A stretch of DNA of 41,642 bases from Acidobacteriota bacterium (GTDB lineage: Bacteria; Acidobacteriota; Vicinamibacteria; Vicinamibacterales; 2-12-FULL-66-21), in NCBI GenBank assembly GCA_020200195.1, contig JAIVJE010000291.1:1-41642 (forward strand), read 5' to 3'. Below are positions 17,231 to 25,712 of this stretch, in pieces; the first letter of the stretch is position 1, and each line of letters starts with the position of its first letter. The notes under the pieces were generated by a model. It was not told the origin of the DNA, made no database searches, and was given only the letters and a program-made list of their open reading frames with translations. Both the position numbers and the translations under genes were made by a program.

Positions 17231-17469
17231 GTCCGGCTAAAGCCGGACACTACGGGCCGAGGAAACGAGAAGCCCGCAGGCGGAAACCTGCTTGACCGGA
17301 CTCGTCCCGGTGGTGTGCGGCTTCAGCCGGACTTGTTCCCCGGTGGTGTCCGGCTTCAGCCGGACTTGACTGGCGGTTCCGCACGTTGAACCACTGTCGC
17401 ACGCCGAACGTCGCACCCCGCACCGAACGTTGAACGTTGCACGCGGCACGTTGCACGTGACGACGTCAC
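17231..17469. repeat. composite intergenic repeat cluster (three GTCCGGCT-NN-AGCCGGAC hairpins, a 32-nt tandem duplication, an ACGT-core array, a 13-nt palindrome)
   Basis: Perfect hairpin GTCCGGCTAAAGCCGGAC at 17231-17248, right after the stop at 17225. Tandem units CCCGGTGGTGTGCGGCTTCAGCCGGACTTG (17306-) and CCCGGTGGTGTCCGGCTTCAGCCGGACTTG (17338-), period 32. Seven ACGT cores between 17383 and 17466 (CACGTTGAAC, GAACGTTGAACGTTGCACG, GCACGTTGCACGTG). Palindrome GTGACGaCGTCAC at 17457-17469, 15 nt before the M28 ATG. Confidence 0.65.
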
Positions 17470-17483
17470 AGTACAATGACATC

Positions 17484-19199
17484 ATGAACCGAATCGCACC
17501 TCTTCTGATTATTCTGGCCATCGGCGCCGCGTGCAGCGACAAGCCGGCCGGGTCTTCGCCGCAGTCAGCCGCGCCGGCGCAACCGTCGGCGCCGCAGACG
17601 CCGGTCTCGGCGCTCCCCAAGCTCGACGCGCCCTCGATCCTCGAGCGCATCAAAGTGCTGTCGTCGGACGAGTTCGAGGGCCGCGCACCCGGCACCAAGG
17701 GTGAGGACCTCACGATCAAGTATTTGGAAGACGAGTTCCGCAAGCTGGGTTTGAAACCTGGGAACCCGGACGGCACGTTCACGCAGAAGGTCCCGCTCGT
17801 CGGCATCACCGCGAAGCAGACCAAGGCGCTGACCATCACGAACGGCGGCCGTTCCCGAACGTTCAAGTGGGGCACCGACGTGGTCGCCTGGTCGAAGCAC
17901 GTCGCGGACACGGCGCAGATCGAGAACTCGGACCTGATCTTCGTGGGCTACGGCGTTGAGGCGCCGGAGTTCAACTGGAACGACTTCAAAGACGTGGACG
18001 TCAAGGGCAAGACGATTGTGGTGCTGGTCAACGATCCCCAGGTGCCCGACGCCGCGGATGCCACGAAGCTGGATCAGAAAACGTTCAACGGCAACGCGAT
18101 GACGTATTACGGCCGCTGGACGTACAAGTTCGAGGAGGGTGCACGCAAAGGCGCCGCCGGCGTGTTGATCGTGCACGAAACCGGGCCGGCCGGCTATCCG
18201 TTTTCAGTGGTACAGGGGAACTTGAAAGAGAAGTTCGACCTGGTCACCCCTGACAAGAACATGGGCCGCGCGGCCATCGAGGGCTGGATATCGCTCGACA
18301 CCGCGAAGGCGATCCTCACCATCGCGGGCCAGGACTTCGACGCGTTGAAGAAGCAGGCCGTCACGCGGGAGTTCAAACCCGTGCCGCTGAACCTCAAGGC
18401 GTCATTGGGAATCCGCAACACGATGCGCACCATCGACTCCCGAAACGTCCTCGCAAAGGTGGAAGGCAGCGACCCCTCCCTGAAAAGCGACTACGTCGTC
18501 TACACGGCACATTGGGATCACCTGGGTGTGGGCACACCGGTCAAAGGAGACAGGATTTACAACGGGGCGCTGGACAACGCGTCCGGCGTGTCGACGCTGC
18601 TGGAGATCGCAAAGGGGTTCACCCAGGTTGAGCCCCAGCCGAAGCGCTCGATCCTGTTCGCGATGGTCACCGCTGAGGAACAGGGCCTTCTCGGATCCCA
18701 GTACTACTCGGTGACGCCGGTTTATCCGCTCGCGAAAACTGTCGCCAACATCAACATTGACGGGGTCAACCAGTGGGGCCGGACGAAAGACATCACCGTG
18801 GTCGGCTTCGGCGCGTCAGACCTCGAGGACTATCTGCGTGACGCCGCTGCCGAACAGGGCCGGACACTTCGCCCCGATCCCGAGCCGGAGAAGGGCTTCT
18901 ACTACCGGTCGGATCACTTCAACTTCGCCAAACAGGGAGTGCCTGCGTTGTCCACCAACTCGGGTATCGAGTTCATCGGCAAGCCACCGGAGTACAGCAA
19001 GACCAAGCGCGACGAGTACACCAACAACGATTACCACGCGCCATCGGACCAGGTGAAACCCGACTGGGATCTCAGCGGCGCCGTGGAAGACGCGCAAGTG
19101 CTTTTCGCCGTGGGCTACCGAGTGGCCAATGCGCCCAGGTTCCCCGAATGGAAACCCGGCAATGAGTTCAGGGCCAAGAGAGAACAGATGATGAAGTAG
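17484..19199 (+). CDS. M28-family aminopeptidase lipoprotein with PA domain
   Basis: Start at ATG 17484 gives [18 protein letters not shown] (lipobox). M28 metal ligands in order: [41 protein letters not shown]...YHAPSD. Confidence 0.9.
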   Translation: MNRIAPLLIILAIGAACSDKPAGSSPQSAAPAQPSAPQTPVSALPKLDAPSILERIKVLSSDEFEGRAPGTKGEDLTIKYLEDEFRKLGLKPGNPDGTFTQKVPLVGITAKQTKALTITNGGRSRTFKWGTDVVAWSKHVADTAQIENSDLIFVGYGVEAPEFNWNDFKDVDVKGKTIVVLVNDPQVPDAADATKLDQKTFNGNAMTYYGRWTYKFEEGARKGAAGVLIVHETGPAGYPFSVVQGNLKEKFDLVTPDKNMGRAAIEGWISLDTAKAILTIAGQDFDALKKQAVTREFKPVPLNLKASLGIRNTMRTIDSRNVLAKVEGSDPSLKSDYVVYTAHWDHLGVGTPVKGDRIYNGALDNASGVSTLLEIAKGFTQVEPQPKRSILFAMVTAEEQGLLGSQYYSVTPVYPLAKTVANINIDGVNQWGRTKDITVVGFGASDLEDYLRDAAAEQGRTLRPDPEPEKGFYYRSDHFNFAKQGVPALSTNSGIEFIGKPPEYSKTKRDEYTNNDYHAPSDQVKPDWDLSGAVEDAQVLFAVGYRVANAPRFPEWKPGNEFRAKREQMMK

Positions 19200-19239
19200 C
19201 GCATTGCAAATTCGCTCATCTGACCTTCTGCCAACGTCG

Positions 19240-20193
19240 ATGAATCCGCCAATTTCCAATGAGCGAATCCGCAACGTGCGTGTCGCTACCCTCGTTCTGT
19301 CGTGCGTCCTCACGACATCTTGCAGCCTGTACTACTGGACAGGGATCCGGCTGTACTACAGGAAAGCGGAGATCCCCGATGCGCGCGCGGTGCGGGATCT
19401 CGCATATGCGGGCCCGGCCTCGACGCCGAAGCAGCGTCTGAACCTGTTTCTTCCGGCCGGGAAGGATTGGCCGATCGTGCTGTTCGTGCACGGAGGCAAC
19501 TGGGACGACGGGGACAGGAATCTCGAGGTCGGGGGGGCCGACGTCTACAACAACATCGGCCGCTTTCTTGCGTCGAACGGGGTCGGCGCCGCGGTCATGA
19601 GCTACCGGCTGCTCCCCTCGGTCGACTGGCGGACGCAGATCACCGACATCACGGCGGCCGGACGATGGCTGGCCGAGAACGTGAGACGGCACGGTGGATC
19701 GTCGGCGTGCGTGTTTCTGATGGGACATTCAGCCGGGGCGCAGCTTGCGGTACGGACCGCGCTCGACCGAGCGGCGCGGATGCCACGAGTATGTGGGGTC
19801 ATTGCGGTCAGCGGCGCGGGCTACGACCTTACGGACCGCCGAACCTGGGACCTCGGGGCGGACGAGGCGTGGTACGCGCGCCGTTTCGGCGGCGCGGCTG
19901 GATGGCAGCAGGCGGCGTCGCCAATCCAGTTCGTCAGCCGGAACGCGCCTCCTTTTCTGATCCTGTATGCCGGCGGTGAATCGAAGCCGCTGCAGCGCCA
20001 GTCGCAGCTGCTGCACGAGACGCTGGTCCAAGCCGGCGCCCCGAGCGAGATCGTCGTCGTGCCGGGAGAGAGCCACTCGAGAATCGTGCTGACGCTGAGC
20101 CGGCCGGACAAGACCGCCGGGCCCGCCATCCTGCGGTTCGTGCGGGCGCACGTGTCACAAGGGGGACAGCCACCTTTTTCGAAGGATCGGTGA
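19240..20193 (+). CDS. alpha/beta hydrolase (esterase/lipase-like; possible lipoprotein)
   Basis: VLFVHGGNWDDGD (HGG oxyanion motif), LMGHSAGAQLA (GxSxG), GESHSRIV (His). ATG 19240 is preferred over TTG 19204. The last ~10 codons (QGGQPPFSKDR) run into a REP-like repeat copy. Confidence 0.8.
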   Translation: MNPPISNERIRNVRVATLVLSCVLTTSCSLYYWTGIRLYYRKAEIPDARAVRDLAYAGPASTPKQRLNLFLPAGKDWPIVLFVHGGNWDDGDRNLEVGGADVYNNIGRFLASNGVGAAVMSYRLLPSVDWRTQITDITAAGRWLAENVRRHGGSSACVFLMGHSAGAQLAVRTALDRAARMPRVCGVIAVSGAGYDLTDRRTWDLGADEAWYARRFGGAAGWQQAASPIQFVSRNAPPFLILYAGGESKPLQRQSQLLHETLVQAGAPSEIVVVPGESHSRIVLTLSRPDKTAGPAILRFVRAHVSQGGQPPFSKDR

Positions 20194-20251
20194 AAAAGGG
20201 GACTGCCACCTTTTTCGAGCGGCATTGGGTGCGGAAAAGGTGGCTGTCCCC
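20162..20251. repeat. REP-like cluster: GGGGACAGCCACCTTT (20162-20177), GGGGACTGCCACCTTT (20198-20213), inverted AAAGGTGGCTGTCCCC (20236-20251)
   Basis: Read directly. Copies 2 and 3 form a 15/16 hairpin with a 22-nt loop. Same 16-mer family as 5573-5622, in the opposite orientation. Confidence 0.7.
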
Positions 20252-20257
20252 GACGGG

Positions 20258-20542
20258 GGGCCGCCGCGATCGCTGCCCGGCGGTCTGGTGGACGATCAGC
20301 CGCTGCAGTGAACTACCGACGGCCGGTGGTTGTTCGTACGTCGCGGCCTGGGGATGACGGCCCGCGTTGAACGCCTGGAAATTTCGACAGGAAAGAGAAC
20401 GCTCTGGAAGGAACTCCGGCCGGCGGACCGGGCAGGTGTGTTCGGCATCAGCAACGTGATCGTGGCCCCCGACGGAAAGAGCTATGCCTATACGGTTGCG
20501 TCTTCGGTTGGAAGCGTGTATCTCGCCGAGGGTATCAAGTAG
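20258..20542 (+). pseudogene. C-terminal remnant of a TolB/PD40-like beta-propeller protein with an in-frame TGA
   Basis: Frame reads ...LPGGLVDDQPLQ[TGA 20309-20311]TTDGRWLFVRRGLGMTARVERLEISTGKRTLWKELRPADRAGVFGISNVIVAPDGKSYAYTVASSVGSVYLAEGIK. The TGA sits where these repeats normally have Trp (W.PDGR.L). There is no upstream body; the remnant begins right after the REP cluster. Confidence 0.5.
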
Positions 20543-20552
20543 TTCGACTGGC

Positions 20553-22469
20553 CTATCGTTCTTTCGGATCTTCCAGGTAGGTATAGCCGGCGAGCCCGTC
20601 TTCGTAGAATTTCAGCAGGCTCCCTGATTCCTCGTAGCTGATCTTGCCTTCGCGCACCGCGAGCTCGACGTCTTGTCGCAGCTTGCGCACCAGCGTGTCG
20701 GCGTCGAACTCCACGTAGTCCAGCACCTCTCGCACGGTGTCTCCCTTGATGACCGCATCGAGGACGACGCTCCCGCGTTCGTCCAGACTGACGTGGACGG
20801 CATGGGTATCGCCGAACAGGTTGTGCAGATCGCCGAGGATTTCCTGGTAGGCGCCGATGAGAAACACGCCGAGATAGTACGGCTCGCCGTTGACCGTATG
20901 GAGCGGCAGCGTCCGCTTCACGTCGCGGCGGTCGATGAACTGATCGATCTTGCCGTCCGAGTCACACGTGATGTCCCCCAGGACCGCGTGCTGGGTCGGA
21001 CGCGTGTTCAGGCGGTGAATCGGCATGACCGGGAACAGCTGCTTGATCGCCCAGCTGTCCGGGCAGGACTGAAACAGCGAAAAATTGCAGAAATACGTGT
21101 CGGCCATCGTGTCGTCGAGGCCCTGAAGGTCCTCCGGCACGTCGTCCATTTGCCCGACGAGCTTTCGGAGCTTGACGAGAATTGCCCAGTACAGGTTCTC
21201 TGCCTGACACCGCTGTTCGAGCGGGAGATAGCCGCCGCTGAACAGATTCAGGGCCATGTCGAGCGCCTGCTGCGCGTCGTGGTAGCTCTCGAGCGCGTTG
21301 CGGGCCGACAGATTCTGATAGGTCTCCATCAAGTCGATGAGCGGCTGTTCCGCCTCATCCGGCGGAATCGTGGCGGGAATCTTTTCCTCGCCGAAGGCCG
21401 ACACCCCGAGCACGTTGAAGATGAGGACACTGTGGTAGGCGACGATCGCGCGCCCGCTCTCCGACACGATGGTCGGATGCTTGACCGACGCGTCATCGCA
21501 GACTGTCTGAATGTGATAGACGACGTCGTTCGCGTATTCCTCGAGGGTGTAGTTGATGCTCGACTCGAAGTTGGTCTGAGAGCCGTCGTAATCGACCCCG
21601 AGCCCGCCGCCCACATCGAGATACTGCAGCCCGGCGCCGGCCTTGACGAGCTCGGTGTAAACGCGGGCCGACTCGTTGAGCGCCGCCTTCACGATGCGGA
21701 TATTCGGAATCTGGCTGCCCAGGTGGAAGTGCAGGAGCTTGAAGCAGTCCTGCATGCCGAGCACTTTGAGCTCTTCGAGCCCTCGCAGCACTTCAGCCAC
21801 GGTCAGGCCGAACTTCGACCGGTAGCCGCCCGAGCCCCGCCATCGGCCACCCCCGCGCGCCGCCAGTTTGACGCGCATGCCGATCTGGGGCCGGACGCCC
21901 ACTTTCTCGGCGTACTTGAGGATCAGCCCGAGCTCGGTGTACTTCTCGACAACCGGGATGACGTTCCGGCCGATTTTCTGCGCGAGCATCGCCATCTCGA
22001 TGAACTCGGCGTCCTTGAACCCGTTGCAGATGATCGGCGTGTCGTTGTACGCCTGCGCGGCGACGGCCAGCAGTTCAGGTTTCGAGCCCGCTTCGAGGCC
22101 GAAGCCGTATTCCCGGCCGAAATCCAGCACTTCTTCCACCACCTGCCGCTGCTGGTTGACCTTGATCGGGTAGACGCAGACGTAACCCCCCTCGTACTGG
22201 TGCTGGCTGATGGCCGAGCGAAACGCGTTGTGAATGTCCCCTACACGATGGCGGAGGATGTCCCTGAATCGCACGAGCACCGGCACGTGGATGCCGCGCA
22301 GCACCAGGTGATCGGTCAGCTGCTTGAGATCGATGGCGCGAGCGGCGTCCTTGGTGGGATGGACGAGCAGATGACCTGAAGGGGAGATGGAGAAGTAGCC
22401 CTTGCCCCAGCGCTCCACCTCGTACAGCTCGGTAGCGTCGTTGACGGTGAAGGCCTCTCCCGTCTGCAT
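20553..22469 (-). CDS. speA: biosynthetic arginine decarboxylase
   Basis: 639 aa from ATG 22469: MQTGEAFTVNDATELYEVERWGKGYFSISPSGHLLVHP, VLVRFRDILRHRV, YPIKVNQQRQVVEEV (PLP Lys), GLEAGSKPEL, LLHFHLGSQI, DVGGGLGVDYDG and DITCDSDGKI are hallmark SpeA blocks. The 22652 start of the ORF track lies in a repeat array and is rejected. Confidence 0.92.
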   Translation of the reverse strand: MQTGEAFTVNDATELYEVERWGKGYFSISPSGHLLVHPTKDAARAIDLKQLTDHLVLRGIHVPVLVRFRDILRHRVGDIHNAFRSAISQHQYEGGYVCVYPIKVNQQRQVVEEVLDFGREYGFGLEAGSKPELLAVAAQAYNDTPIICNGFKDAEFIEMAMLAQKIGRNVIPVVEKYTELGLILKYAEKVGVRPQIGMRVKLAARGGGRWRGSGGYRSKFGLTVAEVLRGLEELKVLGMQDCFKLLHFHLGSQIPNIRIVKAALNESARVYTELVKAGAGLQYLDVGGGLGVDYDGSQTNFESSINYTLEEYANDVVYHIQTVCDDASVKHPTIVSESGRAIVAYHSVLIFNVLGVSAFGEEKIPATIPPDEAEQPLIDLMETYQNLSARNALESYHDAQQALDMALNLFSGGYLPLEQRCQAENLYWAILVKLRKLVGQMDDVPEDLQGLDDTMADTYFCNFSLFQSCPDSWAIKQLFPVMPIHRLNTRPTQHAVLGDITCDSDGKIDQFIDRRDVKRTLPLHTVNGEPYYLGVFLIGAYQEILGDLHNLFGDTHAVHVSLDERGSVVLDAVIKGDTVREVLDYVEFDADTLVRKLRQDVELAVREGKISYEESGSLLKFYEDGLAGYTYLEDPKER

Positions 22470-22545
22470 ATTCCGATGACCGCGCGTCGTCGAGCTGCTC
22501 ACAAAATCATAATACACAGCTTTTCGCGATTCCAAGCAGCAAAGA

Positions 22546-22650
22546 ATCGGGTGATCGCGCGATCGCGTGATCTGCGATCGGAATCGCGCGATCGGGAGAT
22601 CGCCGATCGCCCAATCGACGATCGCCCGATCGGCAGATCGCGCGATCGTC
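22546..22650. repeat. GATC-dense 7-8-nt periodic array (11 GATC plus AATC variants in ~105 nt) upstream of speA
   Basis: GATC at 22553, 22561, 22569, 22576, 22590, 22598, 22605, 22620, 22628, 22636 and 22644. AATCG variants at ~22546, 22582 and 22613 fill the gaps. Consensus roughly CGATCGSN. It lies between the OMP stop (22659) and the speA start (22469), upstream of a TATTAT -10-like box (reverse complement of ~22507-22512). Confidence 0.75.
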
Positions 22651-22658
22651 ATTCAGGC

Positions 22659-25484
22659 TCAAAACTTCACTCTGACGCCCACCCTGACGATGCGCGGATG
22701 CATGATCTCCAGGATGGTGTCGTAGCCCGTCGGGCCCGTGGCCTGGACGTCGTACTGCCGCTCGAGCACGGCGCCGCGGTCGAACAGGTTGAAGACATCG
22801 ACGTCCACCATCACTTTCCCCGGGCCTAACGAAAGGCTCTTGCCGACCCGTAGGTCGAACGTTGCAACGGCAGGCAGGCGACGGTCGTCGAGATCGTCTC
22901 TGATGAGGACGTGCTTGACTGGCGACGCCGGATCGCCAGTGAAGACATTCGCGGCGTGGTACGGCTTGCCAAATCCGTCCCGGACGAACAGGTTGAACCC
23001 CACATGCACGCCCCGGGGTGCCTGGTAAAACCAGTTGAGAAAAGCTTGGTATTTCGGGGTGGTGAGGTAGCGCTGTGCCAGCGGGTCTCCGAGGGCTTCG
23101 CGCACAACGATGCCGCCGCTCCGAAGCGGGCCGCCGGGCATCGGTGTCGGATCCTGGATGCTCGTCGTAGCATCGTCAAAATGCTCGCGGTCGTCGTTCC
23201 AGGACACGCCCAACCGGGCCATCCAGCTTTCACCGAACGCCTTCGTCGCGACCAGCTCAGCGCCCTTGAACGTGCGGTGATAACCCTCACGATTGGAGGT
23301 CGTCCGGCCGCCGCCCAGTGGTGCGCGCCCGGCGGGCAACACGTAGAAGGGCTGTTCGAATGCGCCGATCCCTGGCTGGTTCCCTGTCACGCGCCCGCCT
23401 TCCACGTAATCGGCGCGAGTCACGCCGATGACCGGACGCCAGAGCACGTCGTTGAAGCGGCGCCACGTCAGGGTCGCGACAACGCCGAAGCTCGCCCAGA
23501 TCTCGCGCTCGGCACCGAGCGTGACCTCGTGTGCGCGGGGCGCCTTCAAGTCAGGGTCGATCTGGTTGACCGGCGCCAGCGGGTTGGCTGGATTGGTCCC
23601 TATGACGCCGATCTGGCGCGTCAGTTCGTCGAGCTCGGTGCTGAAGTTGCTGTTTCGGTTGGTCGCGAGGTAGTAGGCGGCCGTGCGACTGGAGGCCGAA
23701 ATCGTGCCTGCCGTGGTGACGTCCAGAAGGCCGGGGAACATCGCGTAGCCCGCGCGGACGAGCATCGTCGCGCCCTCGCCGATCAGGTAAGACGCCCCGA
23801 CGCGCGGCGAAACCGTGTTCCAGGTCACCGCGTCGCGGACCGCCGGAGCATTCACGGCGGGCAGGACCAGGGGAAGCGTAGGATGCGCGACCTGGGACGA
23901 TTCGAGCGCGGAGCTCGTAGAGCGATCCAGACGGATCGCCAGAGTAGTCGTGAGCCTGGTCCATGAAAGCGTGTGCGCGACGTAGGCCGCGGAATAGTCC
24001 GCTCTGTTGCGTTGCGCGTACGGCCTGACCGGGATCGCCAGTACCTGCCTCGCACCCGGGTCAAGCTCGATGTTCAGCCATCCGTTGCCGTAACCGTCGA
24101 CACTGTCGTCCTCGACGCGACGCCACGACACGCCGAACGCCACCTCCTGACGGCCGCGGAACCAGTTGCCGTCGGCGCGTACCGATCGCTGGGGCCTGTC
24201 GGTGACGAGGTATCGATTGGTGTTGTGATACACGCCGTTGGTGTCGATGAAGACCTGACGATCACGTCCACCGGCGGGCTCAAGGGTCAGCGCGGTTTTC
24301 GCGTAAGCACCGCGCGCGGTCAGAAACAGCCCGCCACCCGCGGCATAACTGACATCTGCAGCCGCCAATCTGGATTCAGCATCCTCAGAGACCGTCGACG
24401 CGGAAGAACGAAGAGGCCCCGCACCGCGTCCGTCGCCGTCCGTGTTGCCGAGAAGGAACTGGGCCCCCGCGCGCAAAGCGGCATTGAGCTGCGCCTGGGT
24501 GGTCGCGGCGAGGCTGTCGAGGGTGGTGCGCTCGGCTGCGTCGTTCAGGGCCAGGCTGCGGACGTCCGTTTTCGAGTAGGAGCCCCAGGCCCACCACGAA
24601 TCGTTGACGAGAGGAGCACCGAGCTCGAATCCACCGTTCACGTCCCGCTCCGTGCGGTTCCCGCCGCCCGCCGCCCCGCCAGCGGACAGCGAATCCGGTA
24701 CGTTCCGGCTCTGAAGATGGTCGCCCGCGAACGCCACGCGTGCTGTGCCACGAGCCTTGTTCGCGCCAGATCTGAGGACAGTGTTGACGTGAACGCCAGC
24801 CGTCGCGAGTTGCGCGCCGGCGCCGCCAGTCGTTATCTGCCCCTCTTCGAACATGGCGATATCGAACGAAGGCGGTGAGCTGAGAGGGATTTCGCTGACT
24901 GGACTTCCGTCGGTGAACCACAGGTCGTCGCGGATCTCCGCCCCTTTGGAAAACACTTCCGTTCCCTGGCCTGCCCGCGCTCCCGCGGTATTCACACGAT
25001 CCACCGTCACGCCGGGCACCGTCTGCAACAGCGCACGAACGTCACGCGACGTCGGGTTGTTCTCAAGTTCGTTTCTGGAAATGGTGGTGCTCGTGGTGTA
25101 GAGAAAGGGATCGACGACCGGTGTCACCACCCAGACATCGACCTGCCGGATTTCGCCGGCGATATTCATCGTGATCCGGAGAGGTACCGACGCGCCGGCG
25201 CGGACGCGGACATTCTGCAGGATGTAATCCGAGAAGCCTTTCTTGCTCGCCTTGAGCTCGTAACTGCCCGGCGCAAGATTCAGCAGGTGCGCGAGACCCT
25301 GCGCGTCGGTGATGGTCTCTTGTGTCTGCGGGCCGGTGATCTCCAGTGTGACGTCCGAAAGTCGGACCCCCTTTACATCCTCGACCGTGACGTCGACACG
25401 GCCGGCAAAAACCTGGGCGGCCGCTGGCGTGCCGAAGGTCAGGCAGGCGGTCACGACTGCTGCCGCCACGCTGGCGTTCATCAT
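22659..25484 (-). CDS. TonB-dependent-receptor-like outer membrane protein with N-terminal carboxypeptidase-regulatory-like domain
   Basis: Signal MMNASVAAAVVTACLTFGTPAAAQ. CarboxypepD_reg-like segment GRVDVTVEDVKG..LSDVTLEITG...PGSYELKASKKGF. Plug-like TISRNELENNPTSRDVRALLQTVPGVTV. Long beta-barrel ending in the aromatic terminus VGVRVKF. Confidence 0.85.
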   Translation of the reverse strand: MMNASVAAAVVTACLTFGTPAAAQVFAGRVDVTVEDVKGVRLSDVTLEITGPQTQETITDAQGLAHLLNLAPGSYELKASKKGFSDYILQNVRVRAGASVPLRITMNIAGEIRQVDVWVVTPVVDPFLYTTSTTISRNELENNPTSRDVRALLQTVPGVTVDRVNTAGARAGQGTEVFSKGAEIRDDLWFTDGSPVSEIPLSSPPSFDIAMFEEGQITTGGAGAQLATAGVHVNTVLRSGANKARGTARVAFAGDHLQSRNVPDSLSAGGAAGGGNRTERDVNGGFELGAPLVNDSWWAWGSYSKTDVRSLALNDAAERTTLDSLAATTQAQLNAALRAGAQFLLGNTDGDGRGAGPLRSSASTVSEDAESRLAAADVSYAAGGGLFLTARGAYAKTALTLEPAGGRDRQVFIDTNGVYHNTNRYLVTDRPQRSVRADGNWFRGRQEVAFGVSWRRVEDDSVDGYGNGWLNIELDPGARQVLAIPVRPYAQRNRADYSAAYVAHTLSWTRLTTTLAIRLDRSTSSALESSQVAHPTLPLVLPAVNAPAVRDAVTWNTVSPRVGASYLIGEGATMLVRAGYAMFPGLLDVTTAGTISASSRTAAYYLATNRNSNFSTELDELTRQIGVIGTNPANPLAPVNQIDPDLKAPRAHEVTLGAEREIWASFGVVATLTWRRFNDVLWRPVIGVTRADYVEGGRVTGNQPGIGAFEQPFYVLPAGRAPLGGGRTTSNREGYHRTFKGAELVATKAFGESWMARLGVSWNDDREHFDDATTSIQDPTPMPGGPLRSGGIVVREALGDPLAQRYLTTPKYQAFLNWFYQAPRGVHVGFNLFVRDGFGKPYHAANVFTGDPASPVKHVLIRDDLDDRRLPAVATFDLRVGKSLSLGPGKVMVDVDVFNLFDRGAVLERQYDVQATGPTGYDTILEIMHPRIVRVGVRVKF

Positions 25485-25712
25485 CCCCTTCACCTCAATC
25501 CTGATCATGGCCTGAACTGTGCCCGCCGCCGGGCACTGTCCGCTTCAGCAATCGCGATGCCCGGTCCTGGGACGCCCCCTCAACGATGGTTCCTGGGGAC
25601 GGGTGGTGCTGAGTGAGGGACGAAGCGGCTGAAATGCGATGTGGTCGATTCCATGCACTGAATGAAGGTCTTAGCAAGACGAAAGCCCCACTTGCTACGT
25701 CTAACGTGAAGC

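Noticed and set aside
17306-17368. Possible CRISPR array (32-nt repeated unit), and likewise the 8-nt GATC array at 22546-22650
   Set aside because: There are only two directly abutting copies with no spacers, and the GATC units are far too short. No cas genes are in the window. These are tandem or REP-type repeats, not CRISPR.
20309-20311. In-frame TGA in the TolB-like fragment as a selenocysteine codon
   Set aside because: TGA sits where these repeats normally have Trp (TGG), the gene lacks its entire N-terminal body, and no SECIS-like hairpin follows. A nonsense mutation in a remnant is simpler.
20673-22379. 568-aa + strand ORF
   Set aside because: It is the antisense shadow of speA. It is Arg/Val/Asp-rich with no motifs, whereas the minus frame carries unmistakable arginine decarboxylase blocks.
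22470-22652. N-terminal 61-codon extension of speA from the ORF track start
   Set aside because: The extension is translated from the GATC repeat array (DRAIVDWAIGDLPIARFRSQITRSRDHPI) and precedes the conserved SpeA N-terminus, which begins at ATG 22469.
22911-24921. ORFs 22911..23966(+), 23973..24878(+), 24385..24921(-)
   Set aside because: They are antisense or off-frame to the TonB-dependent-receptor-like gene, whose own frame shows a signal peptide, plug-like region and terminal Phe.
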